Source of the DNA: Octopus sinensis
Taxonomy: Eukaryota
NCBI RefSeq assembly: GCF_006345805.1
Contig: NC_043002.1
Location: 115,196,001 to 115,260,000, forward strand
Direction: 5' to 3'
DNA: 64,000 nucleotides
Notes under the pieces: generated by a model
Database searches by the model: none
Told to the model about the DNA's origin: nothing
Seen by the model: the letters and a program-made list of their open reading frames with translations, nothing else
Part shown: one piece after another, positions 26,272 to 38,010 of the stretch
Layout: every line of letters begins with the position of its first letter
How positions within the stretch are numbered: position 1 is the stretch's first letter
Translations under genes and position numbers: made by a program

Positions 26272-26592
26272 TGCCGGCCATGTAGTGTGGAGCGACTGAC
26301 CTCCCTTGTTCAAAGGTTATATGGATACAGTTTGTGTATCAAATAGCTAACTTAAGGCGATGGCCTCATGGAGCTAATAAGCGGTCAGCTTTTTTCTTAT
26401 TTTTATAAGAATGCCATATTAGTATGGCGATAACTAATATTTTCCGGGAACGCTGCCGTTGTTCTCTTTTAGAGAGACTTAGTAATTTTAATATTTCTAT
26501 TATTGAAAACAAGTGGATGTATTCCACCGAAGCTAGGTAAATAAAACCTTTGAACAGAGATTGTCGGAAAGCGAACCTACTGGTTTGGCTAC

Positions 26593-26633
26593 GCTGCATT
26601 GAAAAGGGGCAATACCCCGAAAGCGTCTGTAGC
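26593..26633 (+). ncRNA. Type I hammerhead ribozyme, U3-A8 variant (copy 5, 1-nt deletion in stem III)
   Basis: GAAA GCG TC instead of GAAA CGCG TC; may be a sequencing error. Confidence 0.7.
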
Positions 26634-26953
26634 TGCCGGCCAAGTAGTGTGGGAGCGGACTGACCTCCCTTGTTCAAAGTTATATGGATACAGTTTGTGT
26701 ATCAAATAGCTAACTTAAGGCGATGGCCTCATGGAGCTAAAAGCGGTCAGCTTTTTTCTTATTTTTATAAGAATGCCATATTAGTATGGCGATAACTAAT
26801 ATTTTCCGGGAACGCTGCCGTTGTTCTCTTTTAGAGAGACTTAGTAATTTTAATATTTCTATTATTGAAAACAAGTGGATGTATTCCACCGAAGCTAGGT
26901 AAATAAAACCTTTGACAGAGATTGTCGGAAGCGACACCTACTGGTTTGGCTAC

Positions 26954-26995
26954 GCTGCATTGAAAAGGGGCAATACCCCGAAACGCGTCTGTAGC
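26954..26995 (+). ncRNA. Type I hammerhead ribozyme, U3-A8 variant (copy 6)
   Basis: Intact motif; predicted cleavage after 26989. Confidence 0.85.
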
Positions 26996-27316
26996 TGCCG
27001 GCCAAGTGTAGTGTGGAGCGACTGACCTCCCTTGTTCAAAGGTTATATGGATACAGTTTGTGTATCAAATAGCTAACTTAAGGCGATGGCCTCATGGAGC
27101 TAATAAGCGGTCAGCTTTTTTCTTATTTTTATAAGAATGCCATATTAGTATGGCGAAACTAATATTTTCCGGGAACGCTGCCGTTGTTCTCTTTTGAGAG
27201 GACTTAGTAATTTTAATATTTCTATTATTGAAAACAAGTGGATGTATTCCACCGAAGCTAGGTAAATAAAACCTTGAACAGAGATTGTCGGAAGCGACAC
27301 CTACTGGTTTGGCTAC

Positions 27317-27358
27317 GCTGCATTGAAAAGGGGCAATACCCCGAAACGCGTCTGTAGC
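27317..27358 (+). ncRNA. Type I hammerhead ribozyme, U3-A8 variant (copy 7)
   Basis: Intact motif; predicted cleavage after 27352. Confidence 0.85.
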
Positions 27359-27680
27359 TGCCGGCCAAGTAGTGTGGAGCGACTGACCTCCCTTGTTCAA
27401 AGGTTATATGGATACAGTTTGTGTATCAAATAGCTAACTTAAGGCGATGGCCTCATGGAGCTAATAAGCGGTCAGCTTTTTTCTTATTTTTATAAGAATG
27501 CCATATTAGTATGGCGATAACTAATATTTTCCGGGAACGCTGCCGTTGTTCTCTTTTAGAGAGACTTAGTAATTTTAATATTTCTATTATTGAAAACAAG
27601 TGGATGTATTCCACGACGAAGCTAGGAAATAAAACCTTTGAACAGAGATTGTCGAAAGCGACACCTACTGGTTTGGCTAC

Positions 27681-27722
27681 GCTGCATTGAAAAGGGGCAA
27701 TACCCCGAAACGCGTCTGTAGC
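27681..27722 (+). ncRNA. Type I hammerhead ribozyme, U3-A8 variant (copy 8)
   Basis: Intact motif; predicted cleavage after 27716. Confidence 0.85.
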
Positions 27723-28048
27723 TGCCGGCCAAGTAGTGTGGAGCGACTGACCTCCTTGTTCAAAGGTATATGGATACAGTTTGTGTATCAAATAGCTAAC
27801 TTAAGCGAGGCGATGGCCTCATGGGCTAATAAGCGGTCAGCTTTTTTCTTATTTTTATAAGAATGCCATATTAGTATGGTGATGCGATAACTTAATATTA
27901 TTCCGCGGAACGCTGCCGTTGTTCTTTTTAGAGAGACTTAGTAATTTTAATATTTCTATATTGAAACAAGGGATGTATTCCACCGAAGCTAGGTAAATAA
28001 AACCTTTGAACAGAGATTGTCGGAAGCGACACCTACTGGTTTGGCTAC

Positions 28049-28090
28049 GCTGCATTGAAAAGGGGCAATACCCCGAAACGCGTCTGTAGC
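28049..28090 (+). ncRNA. Type I hammerhead ribozyme, U3-A8 variant (copy 9)
   Basis: Intact core motif; predicted cleavage after 28084. Confidence 0.85.
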
Positions 28091-28261
28091 TCGGCCAAGT
28101 AGTGTGTGGAGCGACTGACCTCCCTTGTTCAAAGGTTATATGGATACAGTTTGTGTATCAAATAGCTAACTTAAGGCGATGGCCTCATGGAGCTAATAAG
28201 CGGTCAGCTTTTTCTTATTTTTATAAGAAAAGGAATTGCCATTAGTATGGCGATACTAATA

Positions 28262-28710
<449 letters not shown>

Positions 28711-29207
28711 CGTTTGTTTTGTAACACACCTATAAGTACACAAATGCATTCAATACAAATAAATACATTTTACGCTCATTTACAACTACAAATATTTTGA
28801 TATATCGTTTACATTAGAATACAACAGCATAAATAAACATTACATTATACCATTAGGCCAGTTGAAAGTGATATATAAACATTTTAAAGGAAGATGATAA
28901 AATGGCATGATAAAATATTAATGCAAACAGTACAAAACCATATATTATAGTAGAGACGTGAAGTTCAGAAGGATAACTCAGTAAAAAATGATACATTACT
29001 TAGCAGTAATCACTATAAAAGCAGCGAGATAAAATAGAATTAATTCATTGAATTAGAATATTAACATATCGTACGAATGGAAACTGAGTGAATAGCATTA
29101 CTGAGTTGAAGCAGTACGGAATTACTGGGTGTAAATTCTATTCGAGTTTTTAATACTAATTTCATTATTAGAAATGTGGAGTGGCTGTGGAGTGGCAGGA
29201 GTGGCTG

Positions 29208-29600
29208 TGTGGTAAGTAGCTTGTTTACCAACCACATGGTTCCGGGTTCAGTCCCACTGCGTGGCACTTTGGGCAAGTGTCTTCTACTATAGCCTCGGGC
29301 CGACCAATGCCTTGTGAGTGGATTTGGTAGACGGAAACTGAAAGAAGCCTGTCGTATGTATGTATATATATATATATGTATGTATGTGTGTTTGTGTGTC
29401 TGTGTTTGTCTCCCTAGCATTGCTTGACAACCGACGCTTGTGTGTTTACGTCCCCGTCACTTAGCAGTTCGGCAAAATAGACCGATAGAATAAGTACTAG
29501 GCTTACAAAGAATAAGTCCCGAGGTCGATTTGCTCGATTAAAGGCGGTGCTCCAGCATGGCCGCAGTCAAATGACTGAAACGAGTAAAAGAGTAAAATAG
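29208..29600 (+). mobile_element. SINE family A
   Basis: caggagtggctgtgtggtaagtagcttg...gttccgggttcagtcccactgcgtggcac; complete tail. Confidence 0.88.
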
Positions 29601-29771
29601 TAAAGAGAGTATTACTTCTAGATTTTAGGTTGCACAAGGATATGCTCATGTACAACCATGTACGTACATATGGATGCAATAGTAATGTCACATGCTTAAT
29701 GTCATCATCATCATTGCTGTTGCTATTATAATTTTTATTATTATTATCATCATCATCATCATCATCATTAT

Positions 29772-30160
29772 TAAGGCGGCGAGCTGGCAGAATCGTTAGC
29801 ACGCCGGGCGAAATGCTTAGCGGTATTTCGTCTGGCGCTACGTTCAGAGTTCAAATTCCGCCGAGGTCGACTTTGCCTTTCATCCTTTCGGGGTCGATTA
29901 AATAAGTACCAGTTACGCACTGGGGTCGATGTAATCGACTTAATCCGTTTGTCTGTCCTTGTTTGTCCCCTCTGTGTTTAGCCCCTTGTGGGTAGTAAAG
30001 TTATAGGTTTTTCGTTGGTCTTTACGTTGTGAGTTCAAATTCCGCCGAGGTCAATTTTGCCTTTCATCATTTCGGAGTCGACAGATTAAGTACCAGTTGC
30101 GCACTGGAGTTGATCTAATCGATTGGCCCCCTCCCCCAAAATTACGGGCCTTGTGCCTAG
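29772..30160 (+). mobile_element. SINE family C, composite
   Basis: aaggcggcgagctggcagaatcgttagcacgccgggcgaaatgcttagcgg head plus a repeated core. Confidence 0.88.
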
Positions 30161-31124
30161 AGTAGAAAAGATTATTATTATTATTAATATTATTATTATT
30201 ATCATTATTATTATTACTATTATTATTACGGCGGCGAACTCAAATTCCGCTGAGGACGACTTTACCTTTTATCATTTCGGGGTCGATAAAATAAATACCA
30301 ATTGAGAACTGGTGTCGGTGTAATCTACTTATCCCTCTCTGAAGGCCAAAATTTGAAATCATTATTATAAAAATAATTAGCAGAACTTTAGTGCGTCGGA
30401 CAAAATGCGTAGCGGTATTTCTTCCAACTCTTTTCGTTGTCTGTTTAAATTCCACCGAGGTCGGCTTTGCTTTTTATGCTTTCAGAGTCGATAAAATATG
30501 TACCAGCTGAGCACTCGAATCGATAAATTCGATTAAGTTCTCCCCCTAAAACTGCTGGTCTTGTGCGAAAATTTGAGCCCATTATTTTCACTAACATTTT
30601 TGAATAGAAGACTAGACAAAATAACAGAGAGAATTAGTGGTTAATACCACTCAGTCATCTTAGATTTTAGTTTCACTGTATTAACATTTCGATGAAGTAG
30701 ATATAACATGCATCATCGGTGTACCAGAACTGATTCAAGTAGTTTATACCTCCATTTTAATTGCTGACTTGGTGATTCAGAGGCAGCTAACCTGACTCTT
30801 ATAATTGGAAGACTGCAACAAAAGACGGTAGATAGAGTGCCAGATTCAGAGTTCTGAGAAGGAAAGATTGAATCAAGTATTTCATGTGAGACAAACTATT
30901 TATTTCTAGGACTTATCGTGACCTGAAATATGCAGGTAACACATCATGAATTATCATATTCAAATTTAGTATTCACTCTTCTTTCTCAATCATCCACCTC
31001 TCCACCGTGTACGAGGGACCATTTATTTTAAACTTCACTTTGACAAGTCCTAACTTCCCTAACCTGCACTATTATACTAATATCTACTACTTCCCTCCGG
31101 CAACTATATCCTCAAATTCTGTAT

Positions 31125-31480
<356 letters not shown>

Positions 31481-31575
31481 GACTTTTTCTATTCCTGAGC
31501 GCTATACTAATACATCTGTTGTTTGTACACCACCTGCCTTCGTCTTTTGTTTATTTTCGTAAACTTTTCCTTTAC

Positions 31576-31613
<38 letters not shown>

Positions 31614-31757
31614 ATCAAGACCGGAAGTAATGCTAAAGTCGACCTAGCATTATTTTTCAAATTTACTTAGGTCGTTCAAATTGCACAAGTTGATAGAGTA
31701 ACGCGTAATTCTTCTTCTATAGCAACTCTTTGCCTTGTTCTTCATTGCAGGCAGATA

Positions 31758-32145
31758 ATGAATTCCAAGTAGAAGCAACGTCTGTCCTTGAGCTATTGAT
31801 GAAAGAAAAGAGGTGTGCAAACTGTTCAATATGCACAGAAATCAATAGGTTGTTTACAGAGATAATACCATTGACAGAGGCAATATGCGCACATGGATGA
31901 AGTTTAAAGAGGAAGAAACCAACATTAAAAACAGCTGCAAACACTGCTACAAAACAAGTGTTACAATGCATTACAAAACACTGTGGAAGATATTTGGCAC
32001 CGGAAAGTCGGTGCAAAGTGGGCACTTTGGCAGTTAGCAAATGATTTGAAGAAAGGTGGGGTGAAATTTGCTTTGATCTGATGGAATGGTTGAATCCAGT
32101 GAAGACACATTTTTCAGATCTGATGACAGGGGATGAAACGTGAAC
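31758..32145 (+). pseudogene. Degenerate mariner transposase, N-terminal half
   Basis: VYRDNTIDRGNMRTWMKFKEEETNI, HRKVGAKW (cf. RKVCARWVP) and MTGDET (first catalytic D motif). Confidence 0.7.
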
Positions 32146-32614
32146 ATATCTTCATGGTTTGTGAAGGAAGGTTCAGTCCATGGAATGGCACCATATCTCT
32201 TCTTCAATGTCTAAAATGTTCAGGATTGAAATACTGTCGGCTAAGTACTGTTGGTGCCACTAATTGGCCTTCAAACATAGCCTTCACCAGTGGAGGCATA
32301 ACAGTTTATAAACAAATTTATACTTGTCCTAACATGTTATCTTGTAAATCTACCCTTTTCGATGTAATAGACTTTGTTTAAAAGATGAGGTGGATATTAA
32401 GACATACTGGTATGCTGGTTCTTGCATATTAAGTGATCAACGTTGAGATTCCTGGTTTAATTAAGGAGACTGGAGGTTTTTGGTCAAAGAAATAGCTAAT
32501 TACTTGTTAAATAAATCTTCATTATTCCATAACCATAATCATTTATACGGTGAGTAGAGGTTCAAAGTTCGAACTGAGTAAGAGAAGTAAAATACATTTG
32601 CTTTATATAGTGTA

Positions 32615-33003
32615 CTAGCAGTATTGCCCGGCGTTGCTCGGGTTTGTAAGGGAAATAACTATAAAACATTTTTAGAGATGTAAAGTATAATAGCCATCTC
32701 AATATGGCTAACCACATGGGGGGGGTGTTACTGTAGCTTTTTACGTTCTGAGATTTAATAATACATTTTTAGAGAGTTACTTCCCTTATATATGCTAAAA
32801 ATGCAATAAAAATGTGAAAAATTAATGGTATTTTTTTTAAATCGTAGACTCATTGAAGACACGCGCTAATACCCAGAAGGGCTCGATATGAATCACGACT
32901 ATAAGATACCCGGTTTTGGTTAAACTGCACCGCAAAATGTGGGAGTAGTTAGGAATCTAAATCGTAGGAGACAGACAGCACACAACCTTACTTTTATATA
33001 TAA
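32615..33003 (-). mobile_element. Non-autonomous Helitron-like element
   Basis: Minus-strand 3' end cccgagcaacgccggg hairpin then CTAG|T. 5' end tatatataaaa..ctgtctgtct. Confidence 0.75.
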
Positions 33004-33282
33004 AAATTCGTTATTGGAAAATGAGCTCATAAGACGAACGTAAAGAATACTAGAGTAATAAATCAAATTCGCCAGTTTCAGTAGTAAAATAACACAGCAG
33101 CAGCAGCAAGGGAAGAAATTATTTTTAGCATCAATCGTTTGTAACTTAGTAATAAATACATTCCTTCATCATCAATCACAGCTGATTTGAATCTGCACTG
33201 AACAAAATGCAAATTATTTAGAAATAAAATGTTATTGTTCCATTGTTACCGAAAGATTAAACTGAACACAAATAATAATGAG

Positions 33283-33835
33283 TTCTCGATTTGGGGCAAA
33301 TCAACTGATATCGCTAGTATAAAGCATATATGACTATGATTTAATTATTGCGTACAATAAAACAATGTAATTTTATAACAAATTTTATAGTTAATTCCAG
33401 TTACAAAAGCTACTATTGAAGTGTTTGCATCAAGTCGCGAAAAAGTTCTTCTGTGGTTTGGGGTTTATTATAAAATAGCAGTTTAGCTATTGTAACGGAC
33501 GGAGCTTCAAACCTATGTAGCGTTAATAATTCTCTCTGCACGTTAATGAAATTATACGATCCAAACTTAATTCTCATAAAATTCATTTCCCATTCTCTCC
33601 ATTTAGCCTGCTGAAGAATTATCTTCTAACATAAATTATCTGACAAGAGAAGCTTAAAACTGGTTCTGCTGACCAGAGCTGCAAAGAGAATCGTACATAG
33701 AATATATAATTATAAGGAACCAGTTCAAAATATTCCCTTTTCAACCATAAGAAGGTTATCGAAAATAAAAAATGTGTAAAAAAAAAGTTCTGAGCCAATG
33801 GGCTGTATTAAAATTATATATTCAAATGGCATCTT
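33283..33835 (+). pseudogene. Degenerate hAT transposase
   Basis: FSIWGKSTDIASIKH (cf. DESTD), IVTDGASNL, FISHSLHLAC (CxxHxLxL) and KVLSQWAVLKLYIQMA. Confidence 0.7.
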
Positions 33836-34780
33836 GTTTCGAGAAGTTCAAATGAAACTAATGAACCTCATTATCGTTATTTTACGAAATCTGAGTTGAG
33901 TGAAATCGAAAAGAAATTAATTTGCTGTTCCAAACCTAGAAGTCTGATCAGTGTACTCCCATACATGAACCAGTTTTTGCATTGTTTATGTTAACGAAAG
34001 TTTTGCATTCTCACTGTGTAAATTATGAAACAAATTTCGAAGTCGAATCATCCATGTGAATAAAATTATTATTTGACTAGTAAAAATATTTCATCAAACT
34101 TCGCAGCTACATTCAAATGCTTTACAAAACGGCGTCTATACGTTTTATGAAGGACAAAGAAAACTGTCAAAATGTATACCTAAGTAGAAATGCTGGTGCT
34201 TTTCAAAAGATTAACGTCAATTCCAAAAGAATTTAAATAAATCCCACAAGAACCTTACAACGAACCGGAATACTGGCCCATTGCAGGGCTAGCAATTTTG
34301 GTGGGAGGAGGCAAGTTTTCTTCATCGACCACAATGCTTGACTGGTACTTTATTTTATCGACCCAGAAGAGATGAAAGGCAGAGTTGGTCTCGGTAGGAT
34401 TTGAACTCAGAATATAACGGGCTGGAAAGAAATTTCCCGTTGATTAGATATATGAGTGTCCACATGTCGGAGCAAGTGAACGAAACGACTTGCTGAATTA
34501 GCGAGCACATTTGCTGAGCATTCCACTGACGTGTACACTTAGCGTAATTTTCAGACAGATTAACTGTAGCATTATGCCATTCGAAGGTTATACGCTTGGA
34601 TAATAAGTACAGCCGATCAAATGATCTTCTACACAGTTTCCATCCGACTGATTTTATTCCCAAGCCTCCTGTCGATCTATGACTAATGTGCTTGTCCAAG
34701 ATTTCTTGCAAAAGAGCAAATTAAAGATCTCATAGTTGTGAAAAATTTCTTAAACAGTCAGCAATGCTTGTGTCCTTATA

Positions 34781-35210
34781 TACGAGGTCTTATCAATAAA
34801 TGCACAGATATATAGTACGCAGACTAAAACCGCTTGGCAAAGATTGACCTTGAATTCTGCTGTGCATGCGCACTAAGTTCTAACGTTCTAGCTCACTTCC
34901 ACTGTTTACAACAATGCTTGAAAGGAAGGTGTGTAGCATGTGATCGTCGCATTGACCATGACAGAGAAAGTTATCATGGTGATGCCTGCTCAGAGGCCGA
35001 CGCTCAAGTTGCAGAAAGTGTATGGAGAGGAGTGTATGAGCAGCACACAAGTGTATAAGTGGTTCAGACGTTTCCAAGATGGCCGAAAAATGATGATATC
35101 GACGAACGTTCTGGGAGACCAGCAACCAGCAGAACTGAGAAAAACATCGCAGATGTAAGTGCAGCTGAGAGGAGAAATCGTCGAAACACCATCTGTGAGT
35201 TATCAGAAGG
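34781..35210 (+). mobile_element. Mariner 5' fragment
   Basis: TA|CGAGG terminus. LQKVYGEECMSSTQVYKWFRRFQDGR..DDERSGRP HTH region. Confidence 0.8.
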
Positions 35211-36076
35211 ATATGCAGATTAGTTTTGCCCTTCTAAGGACTGGCTCGCAAAATTGCGAGTCTTCTTAGGGGTGTCAAATAGCAACCACACCGTTGCAAA
35301 CTTGACACCCCTGGCAATAAACTTAGTTGGCAGTTATTCTGCCAACTCTTTTTCTATTTCAATTCGAGGGAATACCGTAATGGTGTTGAGAGACTTACAA
35401 TAAGTTATCAATACCACGGTTCTATCATTGAAATTTTCCAATCACTGCCTTGAAGACACAATTTCCAAATCCAAAGCAGTATTTTTTGCCTTGCTTGCAG
35501 AAAAAGAAAATTAAATAGTTCAAAATAAACAGTCTAATACAGTCAAAAATTAATAAAAGAGCAGAAAGACAGCGCAGAGAAAAAGAAGGAAGGAACACAG
35601 CAAATGCTCTTTCGGCCTCTGGTAATCCTGGCCAACAGGTTTTCCAAAAATTGGTACTCCAATCAGGTACTCCAGGTCCAGAAGCGGGAGCACTGAGAAA
35701 ATCCTCCACGAATTGGTAGAAAATTTTATAAAATTTTCACAAACTTTTGTGGCGAGACACGCCCACCAAACAACACTTCTCACAATGAGAAACAATATTC
35801 ACTTAATGTGAACAGCCTTATCCCAACCGCAGGCAGACTAGAGTCCAGAATCCAGTGAGGACACCTTGCTTGTAAAAAAATTTACCTCAAACAACAAATC
35901 CCCACTGGACCCCAAAAAACAAAAGTTTAAACTTACAGCTGAGCTACTTTTTTCACTTGCTGTACAGCCGGCTATCTCCTTCAGCTACTTAGCACACAGC
36001 TACGCCTGCGCCTATATATATATATACATATATATATTATATATATATATATATATGTGTGTGTGGTGTGTGTGTG

Positions 36077-36107
<31 letters not shown>

Positions 36108-36125
36108 ATATTTTAATAAAAGGGA

Positions 36126-36179
<54 letters not shown>

Positions 36180-36249
36180 TACTACCAACAAATGACAAAT
36201 AAGGGCTACTTTACCATTCCATATTTCAGAGATAAGGAATTTTGTACAT

Positions 36250-36680
36250 TATTTATTTTATTTATATTGAACGGATATGTGTCCTCATCCTGCTTGTTGT
36301 TACCACAACATTTCGGCTGATTTACTCTCCAGCCTTCATCAGGTGACCTGGTAGAATTTTGAACCCAGCCCTGGGTTCTCATTCCTAAGGTATTTTGGGG
36401 TGATGTTATTATTATTATTACTACTACTACTACTACTATTACTATTTATTCAAGGCACTGCCTGGAATTGAACTCGCAATCTTAGAGTTAGTAGCCTGCG
36501 CTAATTATGCTATATAAAAGCATCAACAAATAAAAATACCTTACGAATGAGAACCCAGGATTGGGTTCAGAATTCTACCAGGACACCTGATGAAGGCTGG
36601 AAGTAAATCAGCCGAAACATTGTGGTAGCAACAAACAAGATGACGACACATATTCGTCCAACGTAAATAATGTAAATAAG
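36250..36680. repeat. Inverted-repeat element (pLTR-like arms) with outward-facing hammerhead-like motifs
   Basis: Arms ~36250-36395 and ~36535-36680. Motif cac CTGATGA A GGCTG..CAGCC GAAA (CA/TG) TT gtg at 36584-36624 (+) and 36304-36345 (-). Confidence 0.75.
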
Positions 36681-37629
36681 GGCGTTTTACCTTACTGTGA
36701 GCTTAGTATTAATTGCCCAACCATTCCTGGCGTCCTACTAGTTGATATACCTAGATTCTAATGAATCCTGTAACTGATTGGTCTCAGAATTTGAATGTAT
36801 AGCTAAAGATTGACATATTATTGTTGCCGGTCGGGATACATGTAAGCCCCATGGTATGATCTTGTATTAAGTTGTATCGATGGGAATATTCTCCTGATGT
36901 TTACGATACGGTTTTTAATATGGTGTAATAGGTTCCTAACTTCTAAATTGCAATAGAGAATTAACCTTTTATTTTCATATTGTGGATTTTATGTTATATC
37001 GCTCGCAGACAGCTCTATTATGAGGAGATAAAATATGAGTGATAACAGTGGCTTTATAGTGGTTTTCAACTACTATTTCTAAACATGTAAGGGTTTTTGC
37101 ACCCTCTGAGTTATAATTGTGATTTATTCATAATTATAAACACTCTTCTTATATATACATGTATAATGGTATTGATATAAGCTTAAGGCTTATGGCTTAT
37201 GGCGATCACCGTGCAATGACTAAGGAAAGTAGTCTACTAAAGGGGCATATAAACCCGCAACAGAAAAACGTTGGCTTTCCTATCCACGTGGCACTCGAAC
37301 CTGCATCCCTTTGTTAACGCGACCGTGTTACCTTTACACGAGCGAATTAACTTCCCTGTTTCTGTCTAATTTAAGAACTATATTAGCTCGTATTTGTTTT
37401 ATGTAAACAAACTTTCTATGCGCTTTCAGTGCGAATGGTTTTGTTATAGGGCCCTGTATAACATTCACAAATTCCAGAAAAAAAAGACAGTACAAAGACT
37501 TAATATAGAAATGAAATAATAATCTGAAGCTGCAAAAACCATTATCCAGAGTTCAAATCCCATTCGAAGCTGTCTCATTTCCATAAAACCAGTCATGTAC
37601 TGCGGTTATTTTAAGTAATTATACCATCC

Positions 37630-38010
37630 ACCAAGCCGGCGAGATGATAGAATCGCTAACGCGTCGAGCATAAACTGGGCGGTATTTCTTCTGGCTTTGC
37701 GTTCTGAGTTCAAATTCCGCCGATGTCGACTTTGCCTTTCATCTTTTCGAGTTCGATTAAATAAGTACCAGTTACGCACTGGGGTCGATATAATCGACTT
37801 AATCCATTTGTCTGTCCTTGTTTGTCCTCTCTGTGTTTAGCCCCTTGTGAGTAGTAAAGAAATAGGTATTTCTGGTTTTACGTTCTGAGTTCAAATTCCG
37901 CCGAAGTCGACCTTGCCTTTCATCCTTTCGGGGTCTATAAAGTCAATACCAGTTGAACACTGGAGTCGATGCAATTGTGTAGTTATCTTCCCCAAAAATT
38001 CCAGGCCTTA
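37630..38010 (+). mobile_element. SINE family C, composite
   Basis: Two copies of the family C core. Confidence 0.8.

Larger units (their letters stand above)
25018..28261. repeat. Tandem array of ~360-bp hammerhead-containing units (retrozyme-like), ~9 copies, inverted at ~26212
   Basis: Ribozyme-to-ribozyme spacing is 358-368 bp. ~3.3 units in one orientation and ~5.7 in the other, flanked on both sides by (TA)n. Confidence 0.95.

Noticed and set aside
25018-28261. CRISPR array, or 5S/snRNA/histone tandem gene cluster
   Set aside because: Units are repeated in full with no unique spacers. I see no 5S, U snRNA, SL RNA or histone coding similarity.
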